Below, one piece after another: positions 8,919 to 17,651 of a DNA stretch of 32,000 nucleotides. Below the pieces are notes generated by a model. The model searched no databases. It saw only the letters and a list, made by a program, of their open reading frames with translations, and had not been told where the DNA came from. Positions within the stretch are counted from its first letter, which is position 1, and every line of letters starts with the position of its first letter. The DNA is from Candidatus Hadarchaeales archaeon. GTDB lineage: Archaea; Hadarchaeota; Hadarchaeia; Hadarchaeales; Hadarchaeaceae. A program made the translations under genes and the position numbers. The stretch lies in contig JAWBCC010000001.1 of the NCBI GenBank assembly GCA_038823825.1, positions 180,001 to 212,000 on the forward strand, written 5' to 3'.

Positions 8919-9416
8919 TATTTCTTCACCATCTTTTCTACCAATTCTGCGACTCTCTCAGATGACTTCCCGTCTATTCGGTAAAAATATTTCCTCACGA
9001 ATTTTTCACGGTTTTTCATCAATTCATTTTGACTTTTCTTGTTTAGAAGTCTTTCGATTGTTGGAAGTAGCTCGCCTTTTCTTCTCACCTCCACGGCTAC
9101 CCCCTCATCTATCAATAGCTTCGGGTAATACCTGATCGGATAAGGCTTTCCAGTCAAATTGACGATGATCACGGGTTTTCCTATTGCGGCGGCTTCGCTT
9201 CCAACAACAGATGCATCGGTTATTAAAATATTGCATGAAGCCAACAAATCGTAAAGATTCTCTTTTTTGCTCATGAAGTATTATCTTTTAAGTCTCACTA
9301 GATGAGCTGTCTCCTCTTCCGTCCAATACTGAATATCAATAGGATTACAAGAAGCGTACACAATGAGTTCAGCCCCAGCTGGTAAACCCAATTGTTTTTT
9401 ATTTTATCGGCCTTCG
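8918..9416 (-). pseudogene. Decayed partial copy of the GT-B-type gene at 10596-11816: 118-aa C-terminal ORF (8918-9274) plus a 126-nt fragment (9291-9416)
   Basis: ORF MSKKENLYDLLASCNILITDASVVGSEAAAIGKPVIIVNLTGKPYPIRYYPKLLIDEGVAVEV aligns with FVSKKENLYDLLASCDLLITEGSVVGSEAAAMGKPVIIVNLTGKPYLNRYYPKLLADEGVAIEV. The upstream fragment reads HLVRLKR*YFMSKKENL in the same frame. It shows a 34-codon (102-nt) net deletion relative to the full copy, an in-frame TAA, and a 1-nt deletion at ~9394. Confidence 0.85.
9291..9416. repeat. Near-identical direct repeat of 11071-11197
   Basis: By hand alignment, 126 nt versus 127 nt with one substitution (9370 c vs 11150 t) and one 1-nt gap (attg-tttttt vs attgctttttt). 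Confidence 0.92.
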
Positions 9417-9431
9417 CTAAAAGTTAAAATT

Positions 9432-10592
9432 TTATCTTTTACTATCCCAACTAGCGACTGCTGAGATAAATTTATCTGCTATTTTTTTCCAATCATAGTT
9501 TTCTTCTACAAACTTCCTTGCGGCGTATGTACATTTTCTTCTCTCATTTTCTTGAATTAGCATATGCGTAATTGCTCTAACGGCTTCACTTTCTTCTTTG
9601 TAAACGAATCCATAAGGACCGACAATATTCACAAGAGCAGGGATGTGGGGAACTACTGGATAAGCTCCGCATGCCCAAGCTTCTAAAAGTGGTATGTTCC
9701 AACTTTCATAAGAAGAGGACGAAAGATAGATTTTTGCTCTCTTCAGAAGAGAAATTTTTTCTTTCTCTGGTATTATGCCGGTAAAAATAATATCAGGTTC
9801 GTTTTTTGTCATACGCATCAGTAGTTCCTTTTCCGGACCATCACCTATAATGCACAGTTTCGCATCCTTCACTTTCTCTTTTACCCTTCTAAAGATCTCT
9901 ATTGCCCTGTCAACTCGTTTAACGCGAGTAAGTCTGCCCAGAACAACGATTAGGTTTTCCTTGTCTTCAGAATATTCGTAATCTTCAATATTCACACCAT
10001 TGCCAGTCACAAAGATCTTTCTGGCATCAATTCCGACGAAATCTATGATAAGTTTTTTACTTTCTGTAGAGATCGTTTCAACCAGATCTGCCATCCTACT
10101 ACCAAGTGTCGCGAGCACTAGCTCCCCTAGAGACGTGGGGCAGGCATATGCTCCCTTGTTCAAAAAGAAACCGTAAAACAACACATTCAACCCGCCGATA
10201 CCATGGATGCTTGCAATAAACGGGATTTTATACAGTTTACTTATCACGGGAGAAATAATAAAGCCTTCACTTGACCAACTGTAGATGAAGTCTGGTTTAT
10301 ATTCCTCGGCTATAAACATTCCAGCTCTTAAAAGCTCCATCAAGTTTTTTCCAAAATTAAATGTCTTCTTAAACATACTGTGTTCGGTAGTCCAGTTCCC
10401 AACTCTACAAACCCTAATTCCATCAATTACCTCCGTTCCGCCTTCTGGTAAAAAAGCTATAGCAGTTACCTCGTGTCCTCTTTTGACGAGTTCTCTCGCT
10501 ATAAAAAAACCGTGTGCTTGTAATCCGCCCGTGATTATTATTTGGTCGTTTTGCTTATAGGGAAAATCAGGATTTAGGAATAAAAATCTCAT
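9432..10592 (-). CDS. Glycosyltransferase family 4 (GT-B) protein
   Basis: MRFLFLNPDFPYKQNDQIIITGGLQAHGFFIARELVKRGHEVTAIAF; VVLGRLTRVKRVDRAIEIFRRV; PKVKDAKLCIIGDGPEK-type region; YLSSSSYESWNIPLLEAWACGAYPVV. Confidence 0.88.
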   Translation of the reverse strand: MRFLFLNPDFPYKQNDQIIITGGLQAHGFFIARELVKRGHEVTAIAFLPEGGTEVIDGIRVCRVGNWTTEHSMFKKTFNFGKNLMELLRAGMFIAEEYKPDFIYSWSSEGFIISPVISKLYKIPFIASIHGIGGLNVLFYGFFLNKGAYACPTSLGELVLATLGSRMADLVETISTESKKLIIDFVGIDARKIFVTGNGVNIEDYEYSEDKENLIVVLGRLTRVKRVDRAIEIFRRVKEKVKDAKLCIIGDGPEKELLMRMTKNEPDIIFTGIIPEKEKISLLKRAKIYLSSSSYESWNIPLLEAWACGAYPVVPHIPALVNIVGPYGFVYKEESEAVRAITHMLIQENERRKCTYAARKFVEENYDWKKIADKFISAVASWDSKR

Positions 10593-10595
10593 AAG

Positions 10596-11816
10596 CTATC
10601 CGCCCCGCCCTCTGGCAAGTTTTTCTATTAAACTAGCCACCCGCTGAGAAGACATCTCATCCAACTTATAGAAATACTTTCTTATAAATTTCCAGCGATT
10701 TTTCGCAAGGTCTTTGCTTTTCAGAAGCCGCTTGATTGAGTTGTCGAGTTCATATTCTTTTAGAACCTCAATGGCTACTCCCTCGTCCGCTAACAATTTG
10801 GGGTAATATCTGTTTAGGTAGGGTTTACCGGTTAAATTGACGATTATTACGGGTTTTCCCATTGCAGCGGCCTCGCTCCCCACTACTGAGCCCTCAGTTA
10901 TCAAGAGATCACAAGAAGCCAACAAATCGTAAAGATTCTCCTTTTTGCTCACGAATGTTTTGCTTGTATCCTCTCCTTGTAAAAAGCGCAGATATCTTTC
11001 GTTCGGTTCAGTTGGATGAGGTCTGATAAGCAAAAAGCAGTTCTTCATGTTTAGCACTATCTTGTTTAAAAGTCTCACTAGATGAGCTGTCTCCTCTTCC
11101 GTCCAATACTGAATATCAATAGGATTACAAGAAGCGTACACAATGAGTTTAGCCCCAGCTGGTAAACCCAATTGCTTTTTTATTTTATCGGCCTTCGGTT
11201 TTAATCTAAAAATATCGTCCATCAGTGGATTTCCCGTGATTACAATCTTTTCCGACGGTATGCCTCTACTTTCAAAAAAATTCTTTGAATATTCGCCCCA
11301 GACAGCAATTTTCATACACTCAGCACCATACCTATCATATCCGGGTTCAGGATTTCCGGACAATATGCTGGAAGTTCTTCTAACGAGAAGTTTTATGGAA
11401 TGAGCAATATTTCCAGAGAACAAAACATTTTTGATGATATTTATGAAATAACTTGGTCCTAAGCTTCTATGCGGAGTGTCCACAACTATCCCTTCAGCTA
11501 TGAGAAGCGTTGGTATTCCCAGTCTGTTAGCTCCTCTGACGAAATAGAGACAACCTGGGTCGATATCGTTTAAAACAACCACAACGTCGGGTTTCTCCTC
11601 TCGTAGGATAAACTCCGGATCCTTCTTTCGATAATCTTGAACCCGTTTAAATCGAATTCCGTTTTCTTGAAGTGCTCGCTCTATCCCAGCTCTACCCTTT
11701 TCGCCGTATCCTTCCAAACTTATCGCAAGTACATCTCCTTTCAGCTTCTTCGCAACTTTGGAAAACATTCTAACGTGGTAGACATTTCCAGGAATGAAGA
11801 GAACTTTGTAGTTCAT
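10596..11816 (-). CDS. GT-B fold sugar/glycerophosphotransferase-like protein (CDP-glycerol glycerophosphotransferase / UDP-GlcNAc 2-epimerase-like)
   Basis: Start reassigned to MNYKVLFIPGNVYHVRMFSKVAKKL at 11816. ITGNPLMDDIF, LLIRPHPTEPNERY, DLLITEGSVVGSEAAAMGKPVIIVNLTGKP are typical of this fold group. Confidence 0.65.
   Translation of the reverse strand: MNYKVLFIPGNVYHVRMFSKVAKKLKGDVLAISLEGYGEKGRAGIERALQENGIRFKRVQDYRKKDPEFILREEKPDVVVVLNDIDPGCLYFVRGANRLGIPTLLIAEGIVVDTPHRSLGPSYFINIIKNVLFSGNIAHSIKLLVRRTSSILSGNPEPGYDRYGAECMKIAVWGEYSKNFFESRGIPSEKIVITGNPLMDDIFRLKPKADKIKKQLGLPAGAKLIVYASCNPIDIQYWTEEETAHLVRLLNKIVLNMKNCFLLIRPHPTEPNERYLRFLQGEDTSKTFVSKKENLYDLLASCDLLITEGSVVGSEAAAMGKPVIIVNLTGKPYLNRYYPKLLADEGVAIEVLKEYELDNSIKRLLKSKDLAKNRWKFIRKYFYKLDEMSSQRVASLIEKLARGRGG
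11071..11197. repeat. Partner copy of the 9291-9416 repeat, inside the intact GT-B-type gene
   Basis: See 9291-9416. Encodes AGAKLIVYASCNPIDIQYWTEEETAHLVRL. Confidence 0.92.
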
Positions 11817-12859
11817 CTTCTTTTCCTCCTTCTGAATCTTTCGAGAATCGTTTCTACCTCCCATCTCAAAACCATCTCTTTCTCATAGTTTTTGACGACG
11901 AAATTTCTCGCTTTCTTGGCAATCCTTGTCACATCTTCATAATTCTCCATTATCCATTGAATCTTTTTGGAAAGCTCGTTTTTTGAGTACGGATCAAAAG
12001 TGATAGCAAATTTCTTCAATTCTTCCGGAATGGCATACACGCTAGCTAGGACAGGGGTCCCGCTCGCCATCGCCTCGAGAATTGAAACAGAAAAGCCCTC
12101 CCAGAAAGATGGCAGAACAAAAAGATGAGATCTTCTGTACCATTCAGCTAGCTCCTCATCACTCACATAACCCAGATATCTAACATCCCCCTCATTTTCT
12201 CCTACCGCTCCGATTATGTTGAGCTCAACTCCACGAAGTTTTCTGCAGACTTCTTTCAGAGCCCCAAGGTTTTTTCTGGGTTCATCCCTTCCGACGAAAA
12301 GAATCTTGAAAGCTCCGCCTGGTTTTTTTCCTTTTGGCCTGAAAAATTTGGTATCCACAAAATTGCGCCCCTTTACGTAATCCCTCACACCATGCCTTTC
12401 TAAAAATCTGTCGCATTCTCTTGTGGCCGATATGATTAGATCAGATTTTTTGATAAAACAAATGTAAAGCTCTTTCAGAGGAAAAAACGTGAGCTTGGAG
12501 AATAGGGGCAGGTTTTTTGCTAAAGCATCTAGATCCCCTGCTTCATGACAAACGTAGAAGTTTTTCCTAGTTTTCCACATTCCGCCCCCATGGGCTATAA
12601 CGATATCAAAATCATCAAGAATACCTTTTCTATTCAGATAAAACGAGGCCCAAATCGTGTTATATCCAACCGCCTTTTCCGGAAAAATTCTGTTCACGCA
12701 AACCTGTTCAAAATCGATGTTTTCGTTTTTTTCAAAAACCCCTAAAACAGGCTCTATTCGGGCGTAACTCTTAAATGTCTCCGCAAGTCCAAGCATCACT
12801 CTTTCCGCTCCTCCCAGCCATCCCCTCTGCCAAATGAATACTTTCAAATCGCTTTTCAT
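11813..12859 (-). CDS. Glycosyltransferase family 4 (GT-B) protein
   Basis: Start reassigned to MKSDLKVFIWQRGWLGGAERVMLGLAETF. FKILFVGRDEPRKNLGALKEVCRKL, HLFVLPSFWEGFSVSILEAMASGTPVLAS. Confidence 0.87.
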   Translation of the reverse strand: MKSDLKVFIWQRGWLGGAERVMLGLAETFKSYARIEPVLGVFEKNENIDFEQVCVNRIFPEKAVGYNTIWASFYLNRKGILDDFDIVIAHGGGMWKTRKNFYVCHEAGDLDALAKNLPLFSKLTFFPLKELYICFIKKSDLIISATRECDRFLERHGVRDYVKGRNFVDTKFFRPKGKKPGGAFKILFVGRDEPRKNLGALKEVCRKLRGVELNIIGAVGENEGDVRYLGYVSDEELAEWYRRSHLFVLPSFWEGFSVSILEAMASGTPVLASVYAIPEELKKFAITFDPYSKNELSKKIQWIMENYEDVTRIAKKARNFVVKNYEKEMVLRWEVETILERFRRRKRR

Positions 12860-12885
12860 CCTCACAACCACTTGGAGACAGAAGT

Positions 12886-13767
12886 TTATTCTAGTTTTCC
12901 AAGGATTCCTTCCCTCCAACCACGGAATAACTCCTTGAAAAAGTTTCTCCCTTTGCTCACAGAAAGATAGAAGCACTCCAGAAATGCCACAAAAAACGCC
13001 GCGATCAGGCAAGCGCTACTTCCATTCTTGCGTATGAAATAGCTCTTGTGACTCCAATAATACCTAAGCCATCTTCTGTAATCCGGTTCCCTACATCCAC
13101 CACTTTCCGGTGGCATGTGTTTGATCGAGTAAAATGGAACATAGTAAAGTTTCTCCCCAAGCTTTCTAAGTCTAAAAGAGAAATCACAATCCTCAAGGTA
13201 TGCGTTTCCCTCCCCTAGTTTTTCGTCAAATATCAATCCAGAACCCCTCCGCACGATGAAGCAAGCTCCTGGAAGATGCGATATTTCAACGATTTTCTCC
13301 AGCCTTTCCCCAAACCCGGCGAAAACCAAACCCAAGGGGAAAATCATCTTTCCCACAAAAATTCTATCCAGCAGATGGGATTTCACTCCCTCTATCCTAA
13401 AGCAGAAATTTTTCAGTTCGGAGTATCTTTCACATTCCTTCAGAAAGTTTTCGTCAATTCTTACGTCGTCGTCAAGGAAAATCAGGAACTCCCCCCTGGC
13501 TTTCTCTATCCCCCTGTTTCTCGCTCCCGGTAATCCCAACTTCCTATCGAAGATTATTTTGACAATATCTAGGATGCTCTTTTCTTCGTGGCTATTTATA
13601 ACGTTAAGAGTATCCTCGTCCGGATTCTCAGTCACGATGATTACCTCAACCCTTTCTCTGAGTTTCTCAAATTTCTGTTTCTCCAGATCCGTGAGGAGCC
13701 TGTCTAGCTCAACCGGTCTTCTATAGGTGGGGATGATCACGGAGAACGTCTTAACAGAGCCTTCCAA
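12886..13767 (-). CDS. Glycosyltransferase family 2 protein
   Basis: FSVIIPTYRRPVELDRLLTDLEKQ, GLPGARNRGIEKARGEFLIFLDDDVRIDENFLKEC, C-terminal hydrophobic segment. Confidence 0.88.
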   Translation of the reverse strand: MEGSVKTFSVIIPTYRRPVELDRLLTDLEKQKFEKLRERVEVIIVTENPDEDTLNVINSHEEKSILDIVKIIFDRKLGLPGARNRGIEKARGEFLIFLDDDVRIDENFLKECERYSELKNFCFRIEGVKSHLLDRIFVGKMIFPLGLVFAGFGERLEKIVEISHLPGACFIVRRGSGLIFDEKLGEGNAYLEDCDFSFRLRKLGEKLYYVPFYSIKHMPPESGGCREPDYRRWLRYYWSHKSYFIRKNGSSACLIAAFFVAFLECFYLSVSKGRNFFKELFRGWREGILGKLE

Positions 13768-14783
13768 AATCCCACCTCGTTCGCAAAATATTTCACGATT
13801 AAAAGAGAAAACACTCCAGGGAAAAACTTCGGTCCGCCAGCCACCGCAGCTTTAACTGATATTAAAAGAAGAGGGGAGATTCCGAGAATGAAAAGCAGGA
13901 GCCCAAGAATAGGCCAGAAAGCTGTGAGAACCGCCCAAGCCACGACGGCGAAGGGTAAAAATAGCGCAACATACCTTTTCCACCGGAATCCCCATCCTAT
14001 CTCTTTCCCAAGTCGGAACATCAGACCAGCACCATAACCGTACGCAACTTGCTGCCTCCAGAACTTCCGCACGCTGCTCTTGTAAAAGTGCTCAAATCTC
14101 GCCCTCCTCGTTCCGTAGATTTTCCACCCAGATTTCATCATCCTGAAATGAAATTCCGAATCCTCACCCCACTGAATTTTTTCGTCAAACAACCCCTCAG
14201 GCAGGGCTTCTCTTCTCCACACTCCACATTCGCAAGGGACCGAATGGGTTTCTACGATATCTTTTTCTTTGAGCGTTGGCGTTGTGACCAGACTGACCTG
14301 GGCCATGCCAGGTATAAAATAAACACATTTTGCCACGAAGTTCTGGCTTTCCGGAAAAACCTGCATGCCGGCCACACCCCCGGCTTCCGGATGCTCCATC
14401 AGAACCTTCAAGAGTTCCTCCACACAGTTCTTTTCGAGTCTAACATCAGAATTAAAAGTCAAAATGTATCTCCCCTTCGTCTCTCTTATCCCCAGATTCC
14501 TCCCCCTGCTTATGTTGCACCCGGGCTCAACCATGATTTTCAGTTTGGGGAGTTTTTCAGAATATTTTTTTGCGACCTCGACGGTTCCATCCGTGCTCCC
14601 CGCGTCCACGATCACAAATTCTATCTCTCTGACTGGATAAGTCTGCTCGAGAAAAGATTCGAAAAACTTCGCAAGCTGATCTGCATTGTTATAAACAGTC
14701 ATCACCGCGCTTACTTCGTCAGGTCGCGGTAAACCTCCAGAACCCTCCTTCCAATTTTCTCCCATCTGAAGTTCTCCACCCAT
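13737..14783 (-). CDS. Glycosyltransferase family 2 protein with C-terminal transmembrane segments
   Basis: VSAVMTVYNNADQLAKFFESFLEQTYPVREIEFVIVDAGSTDGTVEVAKKY, GCNISRGRNLGIRETKGRYILTFNSDVRL, IQWGEDSEFHFRM, hydrophobic YVALFLPFAVVAWAVLTAFWPILGLLLFILGISPLLL. Confidence 0.87.
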   Translation of the reverse strand: MGGELQMGENWKEGSGGLPRPDEVSAVMTVYNNADQLAKFFESFLEQTYPVREIEFVIVDAGSTDGTVEVAKKYSEKLPKLKIMVEPGCNISRGRNLGIRETKGRYILTFNSDVRLEKNCVEELLKVLMEHPEAGGVAGMQVFPESQNFVAKCVYFIPGMAQVSLVTTPTLKEKDIVETHSVPCECGVWRREALPEGLFDEKIQWGEDSEFHFRMMKSGWKIYGTRRARFEHFYKSSVRKFWRQQVAYGYGAGLMFRLGKEIGWGFRWKRYVALFLPFAVVAWAVLTAFWPILGLLLFILGISPLLLISVKAAVAGGPKFFPGVFSLLIVKYFANEVGFWKALLRRSP

Positions 14784-15844
14784 TTTTCTCCTTCCTCCAC
14801 AAGTTTCTTTCTCAGATTATCATCCGTCAAAACCGCCAAAATCTTTCCTGCCATATCCTTGATATCCCCCGGGCCGAAAAACAGACCTCCTTTCCCCCCC
14901 GAGGCTTCGAGTAGAGGTTCGATTTTCGTCGCAACGAATGGAACCCCTGCCGCCATCGCCTCGAGCAGCACGATTCCAAACCCCTCCACCGTGCTCGCTA
15001 AGCAAAAAACATGTGAAGATTTCAGAACTTCCATTACTTTTTCATGGCTTTTCAAAAATCCAAGAAAGTCTACATTTTTCTCGATTTCCAACGCAGCAGC
15101 GAGTTTCCTCAGTTTCTCTTCTTCAGGTCCAGTTCCAACAATCTTACATTTGACATCCGGTAGCTCCTTTTTGACCTCCGCGACCGCTCTCAAGATATCA
15201 TCCACATGCTTGTACTCCACTAACCTCGATATGCAGCAGATTGTTGGGTTTATCTCTTTTTTTGCCTCCAGCTTGCGGATCTTCTCAACATCTACACCAT
15301 TCGGTATTACTTCTATTTTCTCTTCACAAACACCGTGTTTGACGAGCATTCTTTTGGTAAACTGGCTTACAGCAATGAACCGGTCCCACTTTCTGCTTAA
15401 CATGAAACTTTCAAGAAGCTCTCCAGCTATGCCGATCACTCCAACGTTCTTAACCCATCTTCCCAACCACACATCATGATATGTCGCAACGGCTGGGATC
15501 TTCAACCTTCTAGAAATCAGCCAAGCGACAGGATATGCGATAAAACAATATCCATCGACGATATCCAGTTCCCCCTCCGTTTTTATGCCATCGACGATGA
15601 AGCTTAGCCTTTCCACAATGCTCCCTTTCTGGGAATATCTTCTCTCTTTACCAAGCCTGATGACTCTGATTCCCAAAAATTCGCTTTCTTTCTGGTCTCC
15701 AATCTCTCTGGTCGTGAAAACCGTCACTTCCTCGCTCTTCGCGATTTCTCTTGCCACGTGAAAGGCCCTCGCCTCAGCTCCTCCTCTCACCTCAACCTCC
15801 GGGCTTTTGGGAAAGAACTCCGTGACGATTCCTATTCTCATCCT
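14711..15844 (-). CDS. Glycosyltransferase family 4 protein (mannosyltransferase/PimA-like class)
   Basis: MRIGIVTEFFPKSPEVEVRGGAEARAFHVAREIAK, VIPNGVDVEKIRKLEA, SRLVEYKHVDDILRAVAEVKKELPDVKCKIVGTGPEEEKLR, LASTVEGFGIVLLEAMAAGVPFVATKIEPL. Confidence 0.9.
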   Translation of the reverse strand, partial: RMRIGIVTEFFPKSPEVEVRGGAEARAFHVAREIAKSEEVTVFTTREIGDQKESEFLGIRVIRLGKERRYSQKGSIVERLSFIVDGIKTEGELDIVDGYCFIAYPVAWLISRRLKIPAVATYHDVWLGRWVKNVGVIGIAGELLESFMLSRKWDRFIAVSQFTKRMLVKHGVCEEKIEVIPNGVDVEKIRKLEAKKEINPTICCISRLVEYKHVDDILRAVAEVKKELPDVKCKIVGTGPEEEKLRKLAAALEIEKNVDFLGFLKSHEKVMEVLKSSHVFCLASTVEGFGIVLLEAMAAGVPFVATKIEPLLEASGGKGGLFFGPGDIKDMAGKILAVLTDDNLRKKLVEEGEKWVENFRWEKIGRRVLEVYRDLTK

Positions 15845-15871
15845 AAACACCCGGCGTCTGTTCTGAAGCCC

Positions 15872-16879
15872 CTATTTCGCCCCAACGCACCCATAGGTTT
15901 TTTCATACCAGTTTATGAATTTTCGAAGCCCATCCCCTAAAGAGACCTTCGGTCTGAATCCAAGCGATTTAAGTTTGGAGATATCTGCAAGAGTCACCGG
16001 AACATCGCCGGGCCAAGATTTACCGGTATACCTAATTTTCGTCTTTCCAGCAAGCCCAGTAATCTTCAAGATTTCCTCCACGATCTCGCTCACCGAGAAA
16101 TTTCTCCCGTATCCGACGTTGTAAGCCTCGCCCTTCAGTCTCCCCTTCTCGATTATAAGCATTGTCGCATCAACCGCATCGCTTATGTAAAGATAGTCCT
16201 TTGTCTGTTTTCCGTCTCCAAGAACCTCGAGTTCCCTCCAGTTTTTTCTCAGTTTTTCGAGCAGATCAAACATGACCCCACGCCGGGATCTCGGACCGTA
16301 AATATTGTAATATCTTAGGTTTGCTGTTTTGATGTCATAGAGCGCAGAGTAAGATGCGCAGAAAGCTTCTGCAGCCGCTTTTGAGGCCCCATAATTAGAG
16401 ATCGGTAAAATAGGCTGGTTTTCATCAGTCGGCAGAACCTCTGTAACACCGTAGACCGTCGATGAGCTTGCAAAAATCACGACTCCAACATCAAGCTTCC
16501 TAGCACATTCGAGAACGTTCAGGGTCCCCCTGACATTAACCTCAAAATCCTCAAGCGGATTCTCAGCTGATTTAGGAACGCTTGATTGTGCGGCAAAGTG
16601 AAGCACGCCTTCGACTTCCTTCATGCTTCTTTGCAAGTCAGCGATTTTCCTGATATCTCCCTTTACAAGATGAAACTCTTTTTTCTTCACCAAATTTTCC
16701 AAGTTCTCCATGAAGCCACATGAGAAATTGTCGATCCCCACAACCTTCACACCATCGGAGATGAATCTTTCGGCGAGATGGCTTCCCATGAACCCAGCCA
16801 CGCCAGTTACAAGAACCCTGCTTATCTTTTTCAATTTCTCACTACTGTCATATTCACGTGGAATATTAAGAGGTTTCAC
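15872..16879 (-). CDS. NAD-dependent epimerase (UDP-glucose/GlcNAc 4-epimerase-like); start may lie internal to this ORF
   Basis: RVLVTGVAGFMGSHLAERFISDGVKVVGIDNFSCG, YGASKAAAEAFCASYSALYDIKTANLRYYNIYGPRSR, GDGKQTKDYLYISDAVDATMLII. Confidence 0.88.
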   Translation of the reverse strand: MKPLNIPREYDSSEKLKKISRVLVTGVAGFMGSHLAERFISDGVKVVGIDNFSCGFMENLENLVKKKEFHLVKGDIRKIADLQRSMKEVEGVLHFAAQSSVPKSAENPLEDFEVNVRGTLNVLECARKLDVGVVIFASSSTVYGVTEVLPTDENQPILPISNYGASKAAAEAFCASYSALYDIKTANLRYYNIYGPRSRRGVMFDLLEKLRKNWRELEVLGDGKQTKDYLYISDAVDATMLIIEKGRLKGEAYNVGYGRNFSVSEIVEEILKITGLAGKTKIRYTGKSWPGDVPVTLADISKLKSLGFRPKVSLGDGLRKFINWYEKTYGCVGAK

Positions 16880-17651
16880 ATCCCTCCGCTATTTTTTCCA
16901 AGTTTCTAACCCTCCCCAGCAGAGTCCCATCCAAGAGGTAAACTTCAGCCTCTAGAACGTTCGCCGCCCCACTTTTGAACATCGGACCTATGAACTCCTC
17001 AGACATCTTTCTGTTCACAGGAGCTCCCCCAACCATTTCTCCAAAGGCAGGCATGACAATCAACTTTGGACATTTTTTCCCCACTCTGAGTTCTTTCGGT
17101 AATTTTGACCGTTCGAGCTCGACCTTTAGCCACACCGGCTCCACTATCCTTCCACCATATTTGTCTCTGATCTCAACCGCTGGATGTGTGTGACCCATCA
17201 CCAGAACTTTACACCCCATAACATCGGGTGATGGCCATGCATGCCCATGTAGCAGACCAACAGAATTCCCGAGCTTTATTCCTCTGACATCGTGCAGCAC
17301 AACCCCTCTTGGGACCATTCCTTCTATGTCTCCATCATGATTACCTGGAACGATTTCTACATTCGCATACTTCATGAGCTCCTCGAGTAGTGCTGGAAGC
17401 TCCCTCCATTCCTGCCAACTAGCAACCGGAATTCCATGCTTCACATCTCCCAAGAGAATAATCCTGTCAGGTTTGAATCTCTCAACAAGGCTCAAAAGCC
17501 TCTTTTTGACCTTCGGTGTCTGGCTTGGAAGAGAAATCCCGCTTTCGGCTAGCTCCCCCTCTACTCCAAGATGCAAATCTGCCACAACCAAGATTTTCTG
17601 CCCACCAGCTCTCACTATCAACGCTGGCTCTCCAGGAATCAATTTTATCAA
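16866..17651 (-). CDS. Metallophosphoesterase, archaeal SbcD/Mre11-related type
   Basis: KILVVADLHLGVEGELAESGISLPSQ, DRIILLGDVKHGIPVASWQEWRELP, EIVPGNHDGDIEGM, GLLHGHAWPSPDVMGCKVLVMGHTHPAVEI. Confidence 0.85.
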   Translation of the reverse strand: MIKLIPGEPALIVRAGGQKILVVADLHLGVEGELAESGISLPSQTPKVKKRLLSLVERFKPDRIILLGDVKHGIPVASWQEWRELPALLEELMKYANVEIVPGNHDGDIEGMVPRGVVLHDVRGIKLGNSVGLLHGHAWPSPDVMGCKVLVMGHTHPAVEIRDKYGGRIVEPVWLKVELERSKLPKELRVGKKCPKLIVMPAFGEMVGGAPVNRKMSEEFIGPMFKSGAANVLEAEVYLLDGTLLGRVRNLEKIAEGCETS

